Below are positions 27,654-37,623 of a stretch of DNA of 64,000 nt, in pieces. The DNA is taken from the IMG/VR virus record IMGVR_UViG_3300010883_025067, positions 11,870 through 75,869 of that record; one strand, written 5' to 3'. The translations under genes and the position numbers were made by a program. Numbering within the stretch: position 1 is the first letter of the stretch; each line of letters opens with the position of its first letter. Source of the stretch: a virus. A model generated the notes under the pieces. That model did not search any database. It saw only the letters and a program-made list of their open reading frames with translations, and was not told the origin of the DNA.

Positions 27654-27881
27654 ATGAGATTGGGTCAAGAACACTATAGTTATTTACCGGGAACACTCGT
27701 TAAAAACGAGAGAGATGATGAATTAGGAGTAATCATTTGTCAAGATGAGCCTCATAAACTTTACTGGCGAGTTCTAACAACAGACGGGATGAAGACATGG
27801 TCGCAGCACAATTTGCAGAGAGTCGAGAATGAAAGAGCCCAAGTTGTTAACAGAAAATGCGTGGCTAGAAGAGACGACTGA
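27654..27881 (+). CDS. Small SH3/KOW-like protein
   Basis: LPGTLVK...LGVII...WRVLT. Confidence 0.5.
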   Translation: MRLGQEHYSYLPGTLVKNERDDELGVIICQDEPHKLYWRVLTTDGMKTWSQHNLQRVENERAQVVNRKCVARRDD

Positions 27882-28080
27882 TTCAGTTGTCATAATGATA
27901 GATAGAATATCTGTCGCATTTTTAATTGAGGAATTCATCGACTTCTGCAACGAGATGGATGAGATTCGATCGAAGTTAATGTCAGATCCTAGATTCATGG
28001 TAGCACATGCCACATCCGGTAACAAAAGCGTCGAGTATCTGACGAGAAATAATTCTACTGATGATGAGGATTACAACTAG
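27829..28080 (+). CDS. Hypothetical protein
   Basis: 83-aa acidic ORF. Confidence 0.5.
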   Translation: MKEPKLLTENAWLEETTDSVVIMIDRISVAFLIEEFIDFCNEMDEIRSKLMSDPRFMVAHATSGNKSVEYLTRNNSTDDEDYN

Positions 28081-28143
28081 TCTTCATAGTGAAAATACAC
28101 AGGCTAGAGAATATTTAATAATGTTTTGCAGGGGCACACCACA

Positions 28144-28608
28144 ATGAAAATCAGTAAAGGTCAACTACGAAGAATTATCAGAGAGGAGCTAGAGCGGCAC
28201 CTTCTATCAGAACAATCGGTGATGTCCGCTGAGGAAATCAAAAAGAAGTATCCCCCAGGTGGACCAGACCATAAGGCAGCACAGATGGTTCGCTTGGCAG
28301 CGAAGTTTCCTGCTGGGGCGGATTCTCAATATGTAGCATCAGTAGATTCCGGTTCCGAGGCATACAATCCGAAACACGTGCTCGATGCAGCTAAGAAGAA
28401 AGGTGTAACACCTGATTCAGCATTTGAAAGTCATCTCGACACTCTCGGAAAAAGCCTCTCAGCTGCTGTCAGAGGGATGTTTACAGGTCACCGCGACACA
28501 GGAACCATGTCCAAAGCATCTCTTATTAACTATGTTCTCAAAAATCATGGAAAATTTTCCAACGATGAAGTTAAGAAAGTAACGATGGCCTGGGCAAAAT
28601 CTAACTAG
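28144..28608 (+). CDS. Putative internal virion protein
   Basis: MKISKGQLRRIIREELERHLLSE leader; ATATTTA upstream. Confidence 0.6.
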   Translation: MKISKGQLRRIIREELERHLLSEQSVMSAEEIKKKYPPGGPDHKAAQMVRLAAKFPAGADSQYVASVDSGSEAYNPKHVLDAAKKKGVTPDSAFESHLDTLGKSLSAAVRGMFTGHRDTGTMSKASLINYVLKNHGKFSNDEVKKVTMAWAKSN

Positions 28609-28641
28609 CATTACCACAGCACTCTGTGATGTCTTAGTTTC

Positions 28642-28670
28642 GTGCAACATACCAGGGCTTGTGGTATTAT
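28642..28670 (+). promoter_or_regulatory. Class-1 promoter
   Basis: gtgcaa-N17-tattat. Confidence 0.7.
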
Positions 28671-28689
28671 CTTATAGGAGGTAATACCA

Positions 28690-29262
28690 GTGATTTTTAG
28701 GCTTTCCCTTATTTCTCTTCTTCTTGCATGCGCAGAACCGAGTCATGTGTCTCTTGTTTCGCAATCACGAACTAATGCAGGTCCGTATGTGGGATCTAGT
28801 CAGATTTTTACATCACCTGTTACGGGTGAGACAATCGTATATTCTGATGCAACCACACAGGATGATTTTAAAAGGCTTAATGATCTAACAAGAAAGGCTG
28901 TGCCATTTATATCTAAGAGGGTATCTAGCCTTCAAGCCATTCCGTGCACAGATGGTCTGATTAATATTCACATCATTCCTGATAAAAAACTAAATGATAG
29001 AAGCATTATGACGTTTACAAAGGATGAACCTGCTGGAAAAGAATTTTACGGAATAACGACGTACGTTTTTCCTAATATTGCGTGGTCATTCATTTGTTCT
29101 GATTGTGACAAGCCGTCAGATGACATTCTTATTCATGAGCTTACTCACTTCTACATGGCACAGTGTGGAATAGCACCGGAAAATCAAGATGAAAGTGACT
29201 GTCATGATATTGTTGAGGAATATAGGAAGTCCAAGACAGACACAAGACTAATCATAGAATAA
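28690..29262 (+). CDS. Lipoprotein, zincin-type metallopeptidase
   Basis: LLAC lipobox; ILIHELTHF (HExxH). Confidence 0.65.
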   Translation: MIFRLSLISLLLACAEPSHVSLVSQSRTNAGPYVGSSQIFTSPVTGETIVYSDATTQDDFKRLNDLTRKAVPFISKRVSSLQAIPCTDGLINIHIIPDKKLNDRSIMTFTKDEPAGKEFYGITTYVFPNIAWSFICSDCDKPSDDILIHELTHFYMAQCGIAPENQDESDCHDIVEEYRKSKTDTRLIIE

Positions 29263-29323
29263 TGAAGTTCACAACTATGCTTCGAGAGCATATAATTAAT
29301 ATTGCATGTTTGAGGTGTTTTAA

Positions 29324-29773
29324 GTGTCTATCAACAACAGAGTAAAACAGGGAGCAAACTTTGTTCCAGCCTATGAGGTCTCGGGTGTTCCGTATGTGAC
29401 TAGCTCGGCTGCGAATGAGGTCGTAACCAAGGCCATTCGGGTCAAGTTTCCATATGTGACACGATTCTTCGTCGTTCAGAACACGTCTGATAACTGGATA
29501 AGAGTAGGATTTACAGAGAACGGTGTTACGGGAACTCTTGGGGCTCACGAAACAAATAATTATCTTCTCGTATCGGGCAATCAGACAACACCCAGGCTTG
29601 AGCTTAGATGCAAAGAGCTGTGGTTTGCTGCTGATTCAGGGCTAGCACCAGCAAGCTTTAGTCTAATTGCAGGACTGACAGGCATAGAGAAAACACAGTT
29701 CCCAGTGCTAACAGGTGCACTTACAGGTTCAGATAATAACGTGATACTTCCCAAGTTTGAGGGCGTGGGATAA
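29324..29773 (+). CDS. Putative virion structural protein (beta-sandwich)
   Basis: AYEVSGVPYVTSS...FPYVTR...IRVGF; ATAATTA and GAGG upstream. Confidence 0.5.
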   Translation: MSINNRVKQGANFVPAYEVSGVPYVTSSAANEVVTKAIRVKFPYVTRFFVVQNTSDNWIRVGFTENGVTGTLGAHETNNYLLVSGNQTTPRLELRCKELWFAADSGLAPASFSLIAGLTGIEKTQFPVLTGALTGSDNNVILPKFEGVG

Positions 29774-29776
29774 TCT

Positions 29777-29805
29777 TTGTAAAAATCTCATTGTAGTTGT
29801 AATAT
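29777..29805 (+). promoter_or_regulatory. Class-1 promoter
   Basis: ttgtaa-N17-taatat. Confidence 0.65.
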
Positions 29806-29812
29806 CACTTCA

Positions 29813-30034
29813 ATGCAACCAGGAAATCTTGTGAAGCTGAATGAAACAGCAATGCTGTCCATTGGTCTAGAGCCCAAAGAAAAATATGGGCTCATTGTTG
29901 ATACTAACGAAAGAGTCTTTGCAGGCCATTATAATTCGAAAGGAACAGATGACTTGGTTAAGCTGATGGTGGTAATGTCATCAGAATTTATTGGTGAGTT
30001 TTTTGAGGATGATCTTATTTTAGTAGGAGTGTGA
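29813..30034 (+). CDS. Small SH3/KOW-like protein
   Basis: MQPGNLVKL...YGLIV...FFEDDLILV. Confidence 0.55.
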   Translation: MQPGNLVKLNETAMLSIGLEPKEKYGLIVDTNERVFAGHYNSKGTDDLVKLMVVMSSEFIGEFFEDDLILVGV

Positions 30035-30504
30035 TCATGAGTGAAAGAAAGAAAGTGGCTGTTAGCGGTGGATTTGATCCTATTCATGTCGGACATGTGA
30101 GAATGATCTTAGAAGCTGCAGAATATGGAGATGTAATTATTATTTTGAATAGTGATGAATGGTTGACAAGAAAGAAAGACTATGCTTTTATGCCGTGGCA
30201 AGAGAGAGCGGAAATTCTGCACTCAATTCGTGGTGTCATTGAAGTTGTCAAGGCATTAGATTATGATAATACAGTTTGTAAATCACTCACTGATTTAAAG
30301 AATGTTGTTAATCTGGACTACTTTGCAAATGGAGGAGACAGAGTAGACAAGAATACACCTGAGATGGATGTCTGTGAGAAGCTTGGAATAGAGATGTTAT
30401 TCGGAATCGGAGGCGGAAAAATTCAGAGTAGCAGTTGGCTTGTAAAGGGTGTTAAAGATAAGGAGGGTGAAGATGAGAAATCCAATCACACAGCAGGGGT
30501 ATAA
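30031..30504 (+). CDS. Cytidylyltransferase-like (HIGH) nucleotidyltransferase, RfaE-II/TagD-like
   Basis: SGGFDPIHVGH, LNSDEWL, FANGGDR, KIQSSS. Confidence 0.88.
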   Translation: MIMSERKKVAVSGGFDPIHVGHVRMILEAAEYGDVIIILNSDEWLTRKKDYAFMPWQERAEILHSIRGVIEVVKALDYDNTVCKSLTDLKNVVNLDYFANGGDRVDKNTPEMDVCEKLGIEMLFGIGGGKIQSSSWLVKGVKDKEGEDEKSNHTAGV

Positions 30505-30946
30505 TGACCTTTTAGCTGAACTCAATCATCGCACATCGAAAGGTCGTCTCGAAATAGCTGATGAGATCGAAACAGCAAGAGGTCATGGCGACATCATTGA
30601 AAATGAGGAGTTTGACTATGCCAAGGATCGTCAGCAATCTAACGAATCACGCATTTCTTATCTTAAAAACTTTCTTTCTAGCGCTGAAATTATGACAAAT
30701 TATAATCTAGCAAGGGACGGTCGGGTTGTCTTTGGTGTACGTGCAAAACTGCTTAACTGTGATAAAGACACACAGCATACATACAGAGTGGTGGGTGAAA
30801 CCGAATCAGACATTCCGAATGGAAAACTAAGCTATAAGTCCCCTCTTGCCAGAGCAATTCTTGGCACCAGTGCAGGTGAAACAGTTGAATTTGAGACACC
30901 GAAAGGTGTCAGCTACTACGAAGTTCTAGACGTGCTGTACGATTAA
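30473..30946 (+). CDS. greA: Transcription elongation factor GreA
   Basis: ITQQGY..L, ARGHGDIIENEEFDYAK, YRVVGETESD, SYKSPLARAILG, TPKG. Confidence 0.92.
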   Translation: MRNPITQQGYNDLLAELNHRTSKGRLEIADEIETARGHGDIIENEEFDYAKDRQQSNESRISYLKNFLSSAEIMTNYNLARDGRVVFGVRAKLLNCDKDTQHTYRVVGETESDIPNGKLSYKSPLARAILGTSAGETVEFETPKGVSYYEVLDVLYD

Positions 30947-31077
30947 TACAGCGCAGAGGCTCTCAGACAGCACCAGATATTACTAGACATCTTAGATGAT
31001 ATGATAATCAGGTATGTTTTTACTAGGCATCTCAAGCTGAGTATCAATTACGCATACATGACAAATAGGAAAGAGTT

Positions 31078-31263
31078 ATGCAACAGGAAGATCTACAGAA
31101 AGCACTCAGAATTAGAGAGTCTGTGATGCAACAATATAAGTTACTTGATGGTGGTCAGTCTCCATCTACCGCTGTGCTAAGGCAGGAGGATATCGCAGCG
31201 TTTTGTGAGTCTCTTATGAGTCTCGTTGACGATTTATTAGGGCCATACGTCAACTTTTCATAG
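31078..31263 (+). CDS. Hypothetical protein
   Basis: 61-aa ORF with AGGA RBS. Confidence 0.5.
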   Translation: MQQEDLQKALRIRESVMQQYKLLDGGQSPSTAVLRQEDIAAFCESLMSLVDDLLGPYVNFS

Positions 31264-31302
31264 CATTCTCAGCTGTAATGTATTTGCCTCATATGTATTT
31301 AC

Positions 31303-32247
31303 ATGGCAGATATGAATCTGAGCATCGTAGAAAGATTTAAACGATTAGAGATATATGCTGTTAGTGCAATCAAGCTCTTGATTGCTTTTGTGATTGTGTC
31401 AATTTTTACAGGTTGTACACAAGACTTTGCCATCACAGATCAGTCAGAAACAAGAGTTGTCATTGATTCGTTTATGCAGGCGAATCAAGTTGAGAAGATC
31501 GATGTCTTAGTTGCTCTTGATACATCGTGCTCTATGATCGATAATTTTGCAAATGTTTCAAGCGGAATGGAGTTACTAAGAGCTGATATTGAAAGCTTGA
31601 CTATAGATTATAAATTCGGATACATCACAGCCGATTCAACTCGGCTGGGGTTTGTTGGACCGTATGACTATAGTTCAAGTTCGATAGATATGATGCTAGC
31701 ACCGGGATTGTTGCCACAGACAATGAATGAGGAAGGGTTTGCAGCGACATATACATTTTTATCCACAGAATCTGGTGACGAGTTTTCAAGATCTGATGCT
31801 GATTTTTTACTGTTCTTAGTCTCCGATGAGGATGAGCAGAGTAGCATAACTGCACAGATGTTTCATGATTGGTTGCAAGCACTATTTGTTGATGTGAAGC
31901 ATGATATTATATCGATCACTACGTTGCATGAGAGCGAAAGTGTGTGTAGTCTCACATGGGATTATGGCTGGAAATATGAGGAGCTTGCAGGTCTGTATAA
32001 CAAGAGTGCATTGGATATCTGTGATGAGGACTGGTCACTGTGGTTGTCTGAGTCATCCTTTATCACAAGTCGAGAGAATAGCATAGAGCTAACTGAGAGT
32101 GATCCAATTGTTCAGTCAATTGTTGTTTATATTGAAAGAGTTCCGACATGGGATTGGGAGTATATTAAAGAGACCAACACAGTTCAGCTAGGTTTTACAC
32201 CTGACTATGGAGAGCTTGTTGAGGTCGGATATAAGGTTGAGATCTAA
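31303..32247 (+). CDS. Lipoprotein with vWA-like domain (myxobacterial type)
   Basis: FTGC lipobox; DVLVALDTSCSM MIDAS; VSDEDEQS; paralogous to C-half of 41963-43555. Confidence 0.7.
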   Translation: MADMNLSIVERFKRLEIYAVSAIKLLIAFVIVSIFTGCTQDFAITDQSETRVVIDSFMQANQVEKIDVLVALDTSCSMIDNFANVSSGMELLRADIESLTIDYKFGYITADSTRLGFVGPYDYSSSSIDMMLAPGLLPQTMNEEGFAATYTFLSTESGDEFSRSDADFLLFLVSDEDEQSSITAQMFHDWLQALFVDVKHDIISITTLHESESVCSLTWDYGWKYEELAGLYNKSALDICDEDWSLWLSESSFITSRENSIELTESDPIVQSIVVYIERVPTWDWEYIKETNTVQLGFTPDYGELVEVGYKVEI

Positions 32248-32425
32248 GATGGGATTTTTGCACCATCTTGTATTTTCGTATTTTCTCCTCGGAATAAACA
32301 TTGTTGTAATGATTTTTTCACTCTCACTTGGTGAGAACGATGCTGTAATATTTAGTGCTGTTGCTAGCTGCTCGAGCCTAATAATGATTGATCTACTGAG
32401 TAGCATGCGAAAGTAGACTCATAAC

Positions 32426-32454
32426 GTGTAAATCTCTTGTAGTTGAGTTACAAT
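32426..32454 (+). promoter_or_regulatory. Class-1 promoter driving tRNA-Leu
   Basis: gtgtaa-N17-tacaat, 9 nt before the tRNA. Confidence 0.75.
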
Positions 32455-32463
32455 TAAGATTGA

Positions 32464-32548
32464 ACCGGAGTGGTGGAATTGGTATACACAAGAGACTTAA
32501 AATCTCTCGCCTTCGGGCTTACGGGTTCGAATCCCGTCTCCGGTACCA
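32464..32548 (+). tRNA. tRNA-Leu (anticodon TAA)
   Basis: accggag/ctccggt acceptor, agaga-cttaaaa-tctct anticodon arm, long variable arm, GTTCGAATC, CCA. Confidence 0.95.
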
Positions 32549-32716
32549 TTTGGAGAAAAGAATGAGTGAAAGAAGGTGAATACTGGACTCCTCCCGATCG
32601 GGAGCATGTAGCCTATTGGCAAATGGATGACTTCAGGAGATTAAAATGAGCGGCGGACACTTTGAATACAAAGACTGTGTGGGACAAAAAGATGAATGGT
32701 AGCAAGGTAGATTCAT

Positions 32717-32884
32717 ATGAGCTTTAGTGAAGATAAACTACAGATCGATTATCGTCATGCATGTGATACACTAGTGAGATTACGTCAAAGAGTTGGTATG
32801 TTGCGAACAATGATTGAATTATGTGAGAGCAGGATGCAGCAGCTTGAGACCGGAACCGAAGAATGTGATAATGATGAAAATTGA
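32717..32884 (+). CDS. Small coiled-coil hypothetical protein (not in ORF track)
   Basis: MSFSEDKLQIDYRHACDTLVRLRQR..., 55 aa, overlaps helicase start. Confidence 0.45.
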   Translation: MSFSEDKLQIDYRHACDTLVRLRQRVGMLRTMIELCESRMQQLETGTEECDNDEN

Positions 32885-34475
32885 AGACTTCTTTCCATAT
32901 CCGGAGATCAGAGATGCACAACGTACAGCGATCGATTTTTGTATTCAAAGCTTAGTAGATAAGAGATACGTGATCATCGAGGCAGGAACAGGTGTTGGAA
33001 AATCTGCTATCGGTCTGACATCCTCTAGAATGCTCTGCAAGAATGCTGAGAAGTATGTGGACTTTGGTGAAGGTGCATACTTTTTGACCACACAAAAGAT
33101 CTTGCAAGATCAATATATTAGTGATTTCGGCAAGGACCATATGAGATCGATTAAGTCCTCATCAAATTATCAGTGTAGCTATTATAAGAGAAATACATGT
33201 CAAGAGTCACAGAGATTGTTGAGAAATGAAGAAAAAGGTTCTAGATTTTTTAAGGCATGTACATTCAGCTGTAAATATAAAAATGCGAAACAGCAATTTC
33301 TCGAATCGCCAGAGTCTGTTACAAACTTTCCATATTTTCTAACTGAAGCAACATTTTCAGGAAAAATTACACCGAGAGATGTGCTGATCATTGATGAGGC
33401 TCATAATATTGAGGCTGAGCTTAGCAATTTTATTGAGATCACAATTTCTGAAAGGTTTGTGAAATACGCACTAAAGATGCGGTGGCCAGATAAGTCAACA
33501 CAGCTCCAGGCTGTTAAGTGGATTAGAGAAGCTTACTTTAATAAGATTAAATCACAGCTGTCACACATGGAGACGACACTTAAGAATACAGGGTTAAAGG
33601 ATAGATTGTCAGACTTTAAGGCACTTGCAAAACAGTATGACATGCTCAAGTCACATGTTGGAAAGATTGAGACATTTCTCAATGTCTACAATAAGGAAAA
33701 TTGGGTCATGGACCTTGTGCCTGCTAGAGGTAGAGCGATGAGAAAGTTTACATTTAAGCCTATTGATGTATCTCCGTTTGCGCAAGGCTACCTGTTTCGC
33801 ATGGGAAGAAAGGTGATCATGATGTCAGCCACAATTCTTGATCATGAAACTTTCTGTCGCTCGTTAGGAATTGACAGAAGTGATGTAGCATTTATTTCTA
33901 TTCCATCACCGTTTCCTGTTCAGAATAGGCCCATCTTTATCTGTCCAGTTGGCAGCATGAATGCAAGTAATATAGACCAGACACTGCCAAAAATGGCTGA
34001 TGCTGTTAAGGAAATTCTTAAGGAGCACAAGGGTCAGAAGGGAATTATTCACTGTCATACTTACAAAATTGCAAATTACCTTGCAAACAATATACGATCA
34101 AAGCGCTTGCTAATCCACGATGGAAACAGTAGAGATGAGATTCTTCGCAAGCACATCGCTTCAAAAGATGACACAGTTTTGCTCTCACCTTCAATGTCTG
34201 AGGGTGTTGATCTCAGAAATGACTTATCAAGATTTCAAATAGTAATGAAGATTCCTTATCCCTATCTTGGTGATCCACTAATAAAAAAGAGGATGAATAA
34301 GTGGGATGGATGGTATTCGATGCAGACTGCAAAGAGAATTGTGCAATCAGTGGGTAGAAGTGTTCGATCGATGGACGACCAAGCTGTGACATATATCCTT
34401 GATGCTGATTGGAGTAAGTTCTTTTATAGGAATAGAAAGATGTTTTCTGATGACTTCAAGAGCTGTCTGGCTTGA
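32871..34475 (+). CDS. DinG/XPD-family SF2 DNA helicase
   Basis: FPYPEIRDAQ Q-motif, EAGTGVGKS, IIDEAH, MSAT, EGVD, QSVGRSVRS; Cys cluster. Confidence 0.92.
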   Translation: MMKIEDFFPYPEIRDAQRTAIDFCIQSLVDKRYVIIEAGTGVGKSAIGLTSSRMLCKNAEKYVDFGEGAYFLTTQKILQDQYISDFGKDHMRSIKSSSNYQCSYYKRNTCQESQRLLRNEEKGSRFFKACTFSCKYKNAKQQFLESPESVTNFPYFLTEATFSGKITPRDVLIIDEAHNIEAELSNFIEITISERFVKYALKMRWPDKSTQLQAVKWIREAYFNKIKSQLSHMETTLKNTGLKDRLSDFKALAKQYDMLKSHVGKIETFLNVYNKENWVMDLVPARGRAMRKFTFKPIDVSPFAQGYLFRMGRKVIMMSATILDHETFCRSLGIDRSDVAFISIPSPFPVQNRPIFICPVGSMNASNIDQTLPKMADAVKEILKEHKGQKGIIHCHTYKIANYLANNIRSKRLLIHDGNSRDEILRKHIASKDDTVLLSPSMSEGVDLRNDLSRFQIVMKIPYPYLGDPLIKKRMNKWDGWYSMQTAKRIVQSVGRSVRSMDDQAVTYILDADWSKFFYRNRKMFSDDFKSCLA

Positions 34476-34478
34476 AAC

Positions 34479-35114
34479 ATGAAAGATAAGAAGCCCAAAA
34501 AGATTAATCAGCTTTTTCGAACACCCATCAAGATCACGCTAGCATGTAGCGGTGGGCCTGACTCTATGGCCATACTCGACTTTCTTAGACTGGGAAGAAA
34601 GAAAGTTCAAGTTGCACACTTTAATCATTGTACTGATCACGCCGACGAAGCCGAAGAGGTTGTTAGAGTTTATTGTAAACGATATGATATTCCAATTGTT
34701 AGAGACACAATTAAGCGAGAAAAACTTGCAGGTGAATCATATGAGCAGTATTGGAGAGAGGAAAGACTTCAATTTTTGCATGATGTTGAGGGCACTGTTT
34801 TAACAGCACATAATCTCGATGACGTCGCAGAATGGTGGCTTTTTACATCCATGAGAGGCAATCCAAGAATTATGCCCTATAAAAATAAGAATATCTGTCG
34901 ACCCTTTCTGTTAACAGAAAAAGAGGCATTGTGTGACTGGGCAGACAATAGAAATATTCCATATGTTTGTGATCCGTCAAATCAAAACTTTCGATTTGCG
35001 AGAAGTAGAATTAGACACAGTGTCATGCGAGATGTCCTGGAGATCAATCCAGGGTTTAAAAAGGTTATCAGTAAGAAAATTAAGCAGTCTTATAGTGAGA
35101 GAGAAAAATGCTAA
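34479..35114 (+). CDS. tilS: tRNA(Ile)-lysidine synthase, minimal catalytic domain
   Basis: SGGPDS PP-loop, HFNH, TAHNLDD, RPFL, DPSN...RSRIR. Confidence 0.9.
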   Translation: MKDKKPKKINQLFRTPIKITLACSGGPDSMAILDFLRLGRKKVQVAHFNHCTDHADEAEEVVRVYCKRYDIPIVRDTIKREKLAGESYEQYWREERLQFLHDVEGTVLTAHNLDDVAEWWLFTSMRGNPRIMPYKNKNICRPFLLTEKEALCDWADNRNIPYVCDPSNQNFRFARSRIRHSVMRDVLEINPGFKKVISKKIKQSYSEREKC

Positions 35115-36163
35115 TTAGTCCAGCTCGAAGCTCAGATAAAATGACATCGGTTCTCTGCTTTGATGACGTACTTCTAGTTCCAAGATATTCTGAAGTTGAA
35201 AGTCGAAAGGATATTAGTCTGGATATTGATCTTGGTCCGGGAGGTTCGTTATCACTACCTATAGTATCGTCTCCCATGGATACTGTGACTGAGTCGGCTA
35301 TGACGATCGCGATGCACCGATCCGGCGGGCTGGGAATAATTCACAGGTATAACACCATCGAAGAGCAGGCTAGTCTCGTTAAAGAAGTACGTGCAAGCGG
35401 GATGTGTAATATTGGTGCAGCAATTGGTGTGACAGGAGATTTTATTAATCGTGCCCGTGCTCTCTACGATGCCGGTGCCAGAGTAATCTGCGTCGATATT
35501 GCTCACGGACATCACGCAATGATGAGACATGCTCTTCAGGTTCTTCGGAATACTTTCGGTACAGATATCCACATCATGGCAGGCAATGTCGCAACACGTG
35601 AGGCATTTGACTCTTTGTCGGACTGGGGTGCAGACTCAGTTAGAGTGGGTATTGGTGGGGGATCGATTTGCTCAACTCGCATTCAAACTGGACACGGTGT
35701 TCCGACATTGCAGTCGATTCTAGATGTTGCTGAGTCTAAGCATGCGGGCCAGGTTAAGATTATTGCTGATGGTGGGATTCGAAATAGCGGAGACATCGTC
35801 AAAGCCCTTGCAGCGGGTGCAGACATTGTGATGCTTGGATCGCTGCTGGCTGGGTCAGATGAGACACCAGGAGAGGAGATCTTCCTTCGTGGAGGAAAAT
35901 TTAAGGAATATCGAGGAATGGCGTCAGTTGAAGCACAGATTCAGTGGAGAGGCCATGTCTCTTCAAGAGAGGGTGTGTCCACAACTATAGCATGCAAGGG
36001 ATCTGCATCAGATGTCGTTGCAAATCTCGAGCTGGGAATTCGATCAGGCTTATCGTATTCGGGAGCAACAAGTGTTAGTGAGTTGCAACGCTGCGCAAGT
36101 TTTATTAGGCAGACATTGTCAGGTGCTGTTGAAAGCTCCACACACATTAACAAGATAATATAA
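35108..36163 (+). CDS. guaB: IMP dehydrogenase / GMP reductase family (no CBS domains)
   Basis: FDDVLLVP, SSPMDTVTE, GIGGGSICSTR, IIADGGI, YRGMAS. Confidence 0.88.
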   Translation: MLISPARSSDKMTSVLCFDDVLLVPRYSEVESRKDISLDIDLGPGGSLSLPIVSSPMDTVTESAMTIAMHRSGGLGIIHRYNTIEEQASLVKEVRASGMCNIGAAIGVTGDFINRARALYDAGARVICVDIAHGHHAMMRHALQVLRNTFGTDIHIMAGNVATREAFDSLSDWGADSVRVGIGGGSICSTRIQTGHGVPTLQSILDVAESKHAGQVKIIADGGIRNSGDIVKALAAGADIVMLGSLLAGSDETPGEEIFLRGGKFKEYRGMASVEAQIQWRGHVSSREGVSTTIACKGSASDVVANLELGIRSGLSYSGATSVSELQRCASFIRQTLSGAVESSTHINKII

Positions 36164-37114
36164 GTGCATCTAGCAAATAAGAATTGGTGGAATAGAGTTA
36201 ATAAAGAATTTAGATCTTTCTTTTCTGGCTGTAGGATACTTGAAGTCGGAAGCTACAGTGAAAATGGAAGTATAAGAGACTTTATTGATGATGATTATGC
36301 TGAGTATATTGGAGTCGATTGGAGACCAGGCCCATGTGTTGATGTGATTTCGCTGGCACATAAGATGCTTTCTGAATCTGAGAAAGATGAAAAGTTTGAT
36401 GCTGTCATATCATCGTCAATGCTTGAGCACGATCCACACTGGAGAGAAAGCATTTTAAGAATGTGTGAGCTTCTAGCAGATAATGGAGTTCTAATTCTCA
36501 CCTGGGGAAATATTCATAATTTACTCCATGAGCTTGATACAGCACCGGATGGAAAGTTTCATCCATTATCAACACAAAATGTCAGAGGCTTACTTCAAGA
36601 GCTTAATATGCACATTCACATTTCTGCTTACCCTAGTGAGCTGGGATTCACTGAGGGAGTATTGCTTGGATATGCTCCAGGCTTACTAGAGATATATGAA
36701 TTCTCTGAGTTCGAAATAACGTTAATGGAATACTATTTCCGACAGGATAATCGATATATAACACTGGTAGAATACTTCACAAATAAAGAAATACAGATGA
36801 CTGAGATTTGTATAGCATGGAAGCAATTCCACAATGAGCTGATAGATTCAATGAAGAGAGATATAGATTTTCATCTAGTCCCGGAGTCCTGGCACCGGGC
36901 GTCTATGCTCTACCACTCTGTAAGTCCTCGAAACAGTCATACACACATAATTGAGATATTGACAGATTATGTTGATAATCATTGTGAATTCCCACAGGCT
37001 GAATCGATCATAGTTGCTTTTAAAAATAAAAGCCATGTACCTGCAGATAGCAGGCAATTGATTGGAAAGACTAATGAAACTATTCGTGCAGTTCGTAACA
37101 CACTTTATGAATAA
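36164..37114 (+). CDS. Class I SAM methyltransferase-like protein with helical insertion
   Basis: ILEVGS..NG, YIGVD...GPCVD, FDAVISSSMLEHD. Confidence 0.72.
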   Translation: MHLANKNWWNRVNKEFRSFFSGCRILEVGSYSENGSIRDFIDDDYAEYIGVDWRPGPCVDVISLAHKMLSESEKDEKFDAVISSSMLEHDPHWRESILRMCELLADNGVLILTWGNIHNLLHELDTAPDGKFHPLSTQNVRGLLQELNMHIHISAYPSELGFTEGVLLGYAPGLLEIYEFSEFEITLMEYYFRQDNRYITLVEYFTNKEIQMTEICIAWKQFHNELIDSMKRDIDFHLVPESWHRASMLYHSVSPRNSHTHIIEILTDYVDNHCEFPQAESIIVAFKNKSHVPADSRQLIGKTNETIRAVRNTLYE

Positions 37115-37141
37115 TCTTATTAGTCAGGTGCTGCAAACGGC

Positions 37142-37170
37142 ATGTAAATTTTTATCTTTTAGTTTAATAT
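37142..37170 (+). promoter_or_regulatory. Class-1 promoter driving the tRNA pair
   Basis: atgtaa-N17-taatat, 10 nt before the tRNA. Confidence 0.72.
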
Positions 37171-37180
37171 TAAATCCTAC

Positions 37181-37257
37181 GGGGGGTTAGCTCAATCGGT
37201 CAGAGCAAGGGTCTCATAAGCCCTGGGTTCTGGGTTCAAGTCCCAGGCTCCCTACCA
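37181..37257 (+). tRNA. tRNA with CAT anticodon (Ile2 candidate, or elongator Met)
   Basis: agggt-ctcataa-gccct arm, GTTCAAGTC, A73, CCA; not initiator type; TilS gene 2 kb upstream. Confidence 0.88.
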
Positions 37258-37277
37258 CTCACAAAGAGATGCTTTAA

Positions 37278-37353
37278 TGGGGTGTAGTTCAATTGGCAGA
37301 ACGTCTGGCTGTTAACCAGGAAGTTGGTGGTTCGAGTCCACCTGCCCCAGCCA
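37278..37353 (+). tRNA. tRNA-Asn (GTT)
   Basis: tctgg-ctgttaa-ccagg arm, GTTCGAGTC, G73, CCA. Confidence 0.93.
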
Positions 37354-37404
37354 TTTATAGCAAATTTTCCATACAAAAGGTCTGTCAAAGAGCTAAGTAG
37401 CTAT

Positions 37405-37623
37405 ATGAGCAATCTAATCGGTGTCAAAAAAGCAATCACACTTCTTAAAAAAGAAGTAATAGAGAAGTTAGAATTAAAGTGCACTGTAAAAGAATCATTC
37501 AGTGCTGGTGGACCTGTGATCGAAGTACATACTGTTTCATCACAGTCTCTTGAAGTAAGAAAGAGTCTACCCTTGATTTTCAAAGGTTATCAGCTCATTG
37601 TGATTAAAAGTGATGAAAAGTAA
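37405..37623 (+). CDS. Hypothetical protein
   Basis: Start moved to ATG 37405, outside the tRNA. Confidence 0.45.
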   Translation: MSNLIGVKKAITLLKKEVIEKLELKCTVKESFSAGGPVIEVHTVSSQSLEVRKSLPLIFKGYQLIVIKSDEK

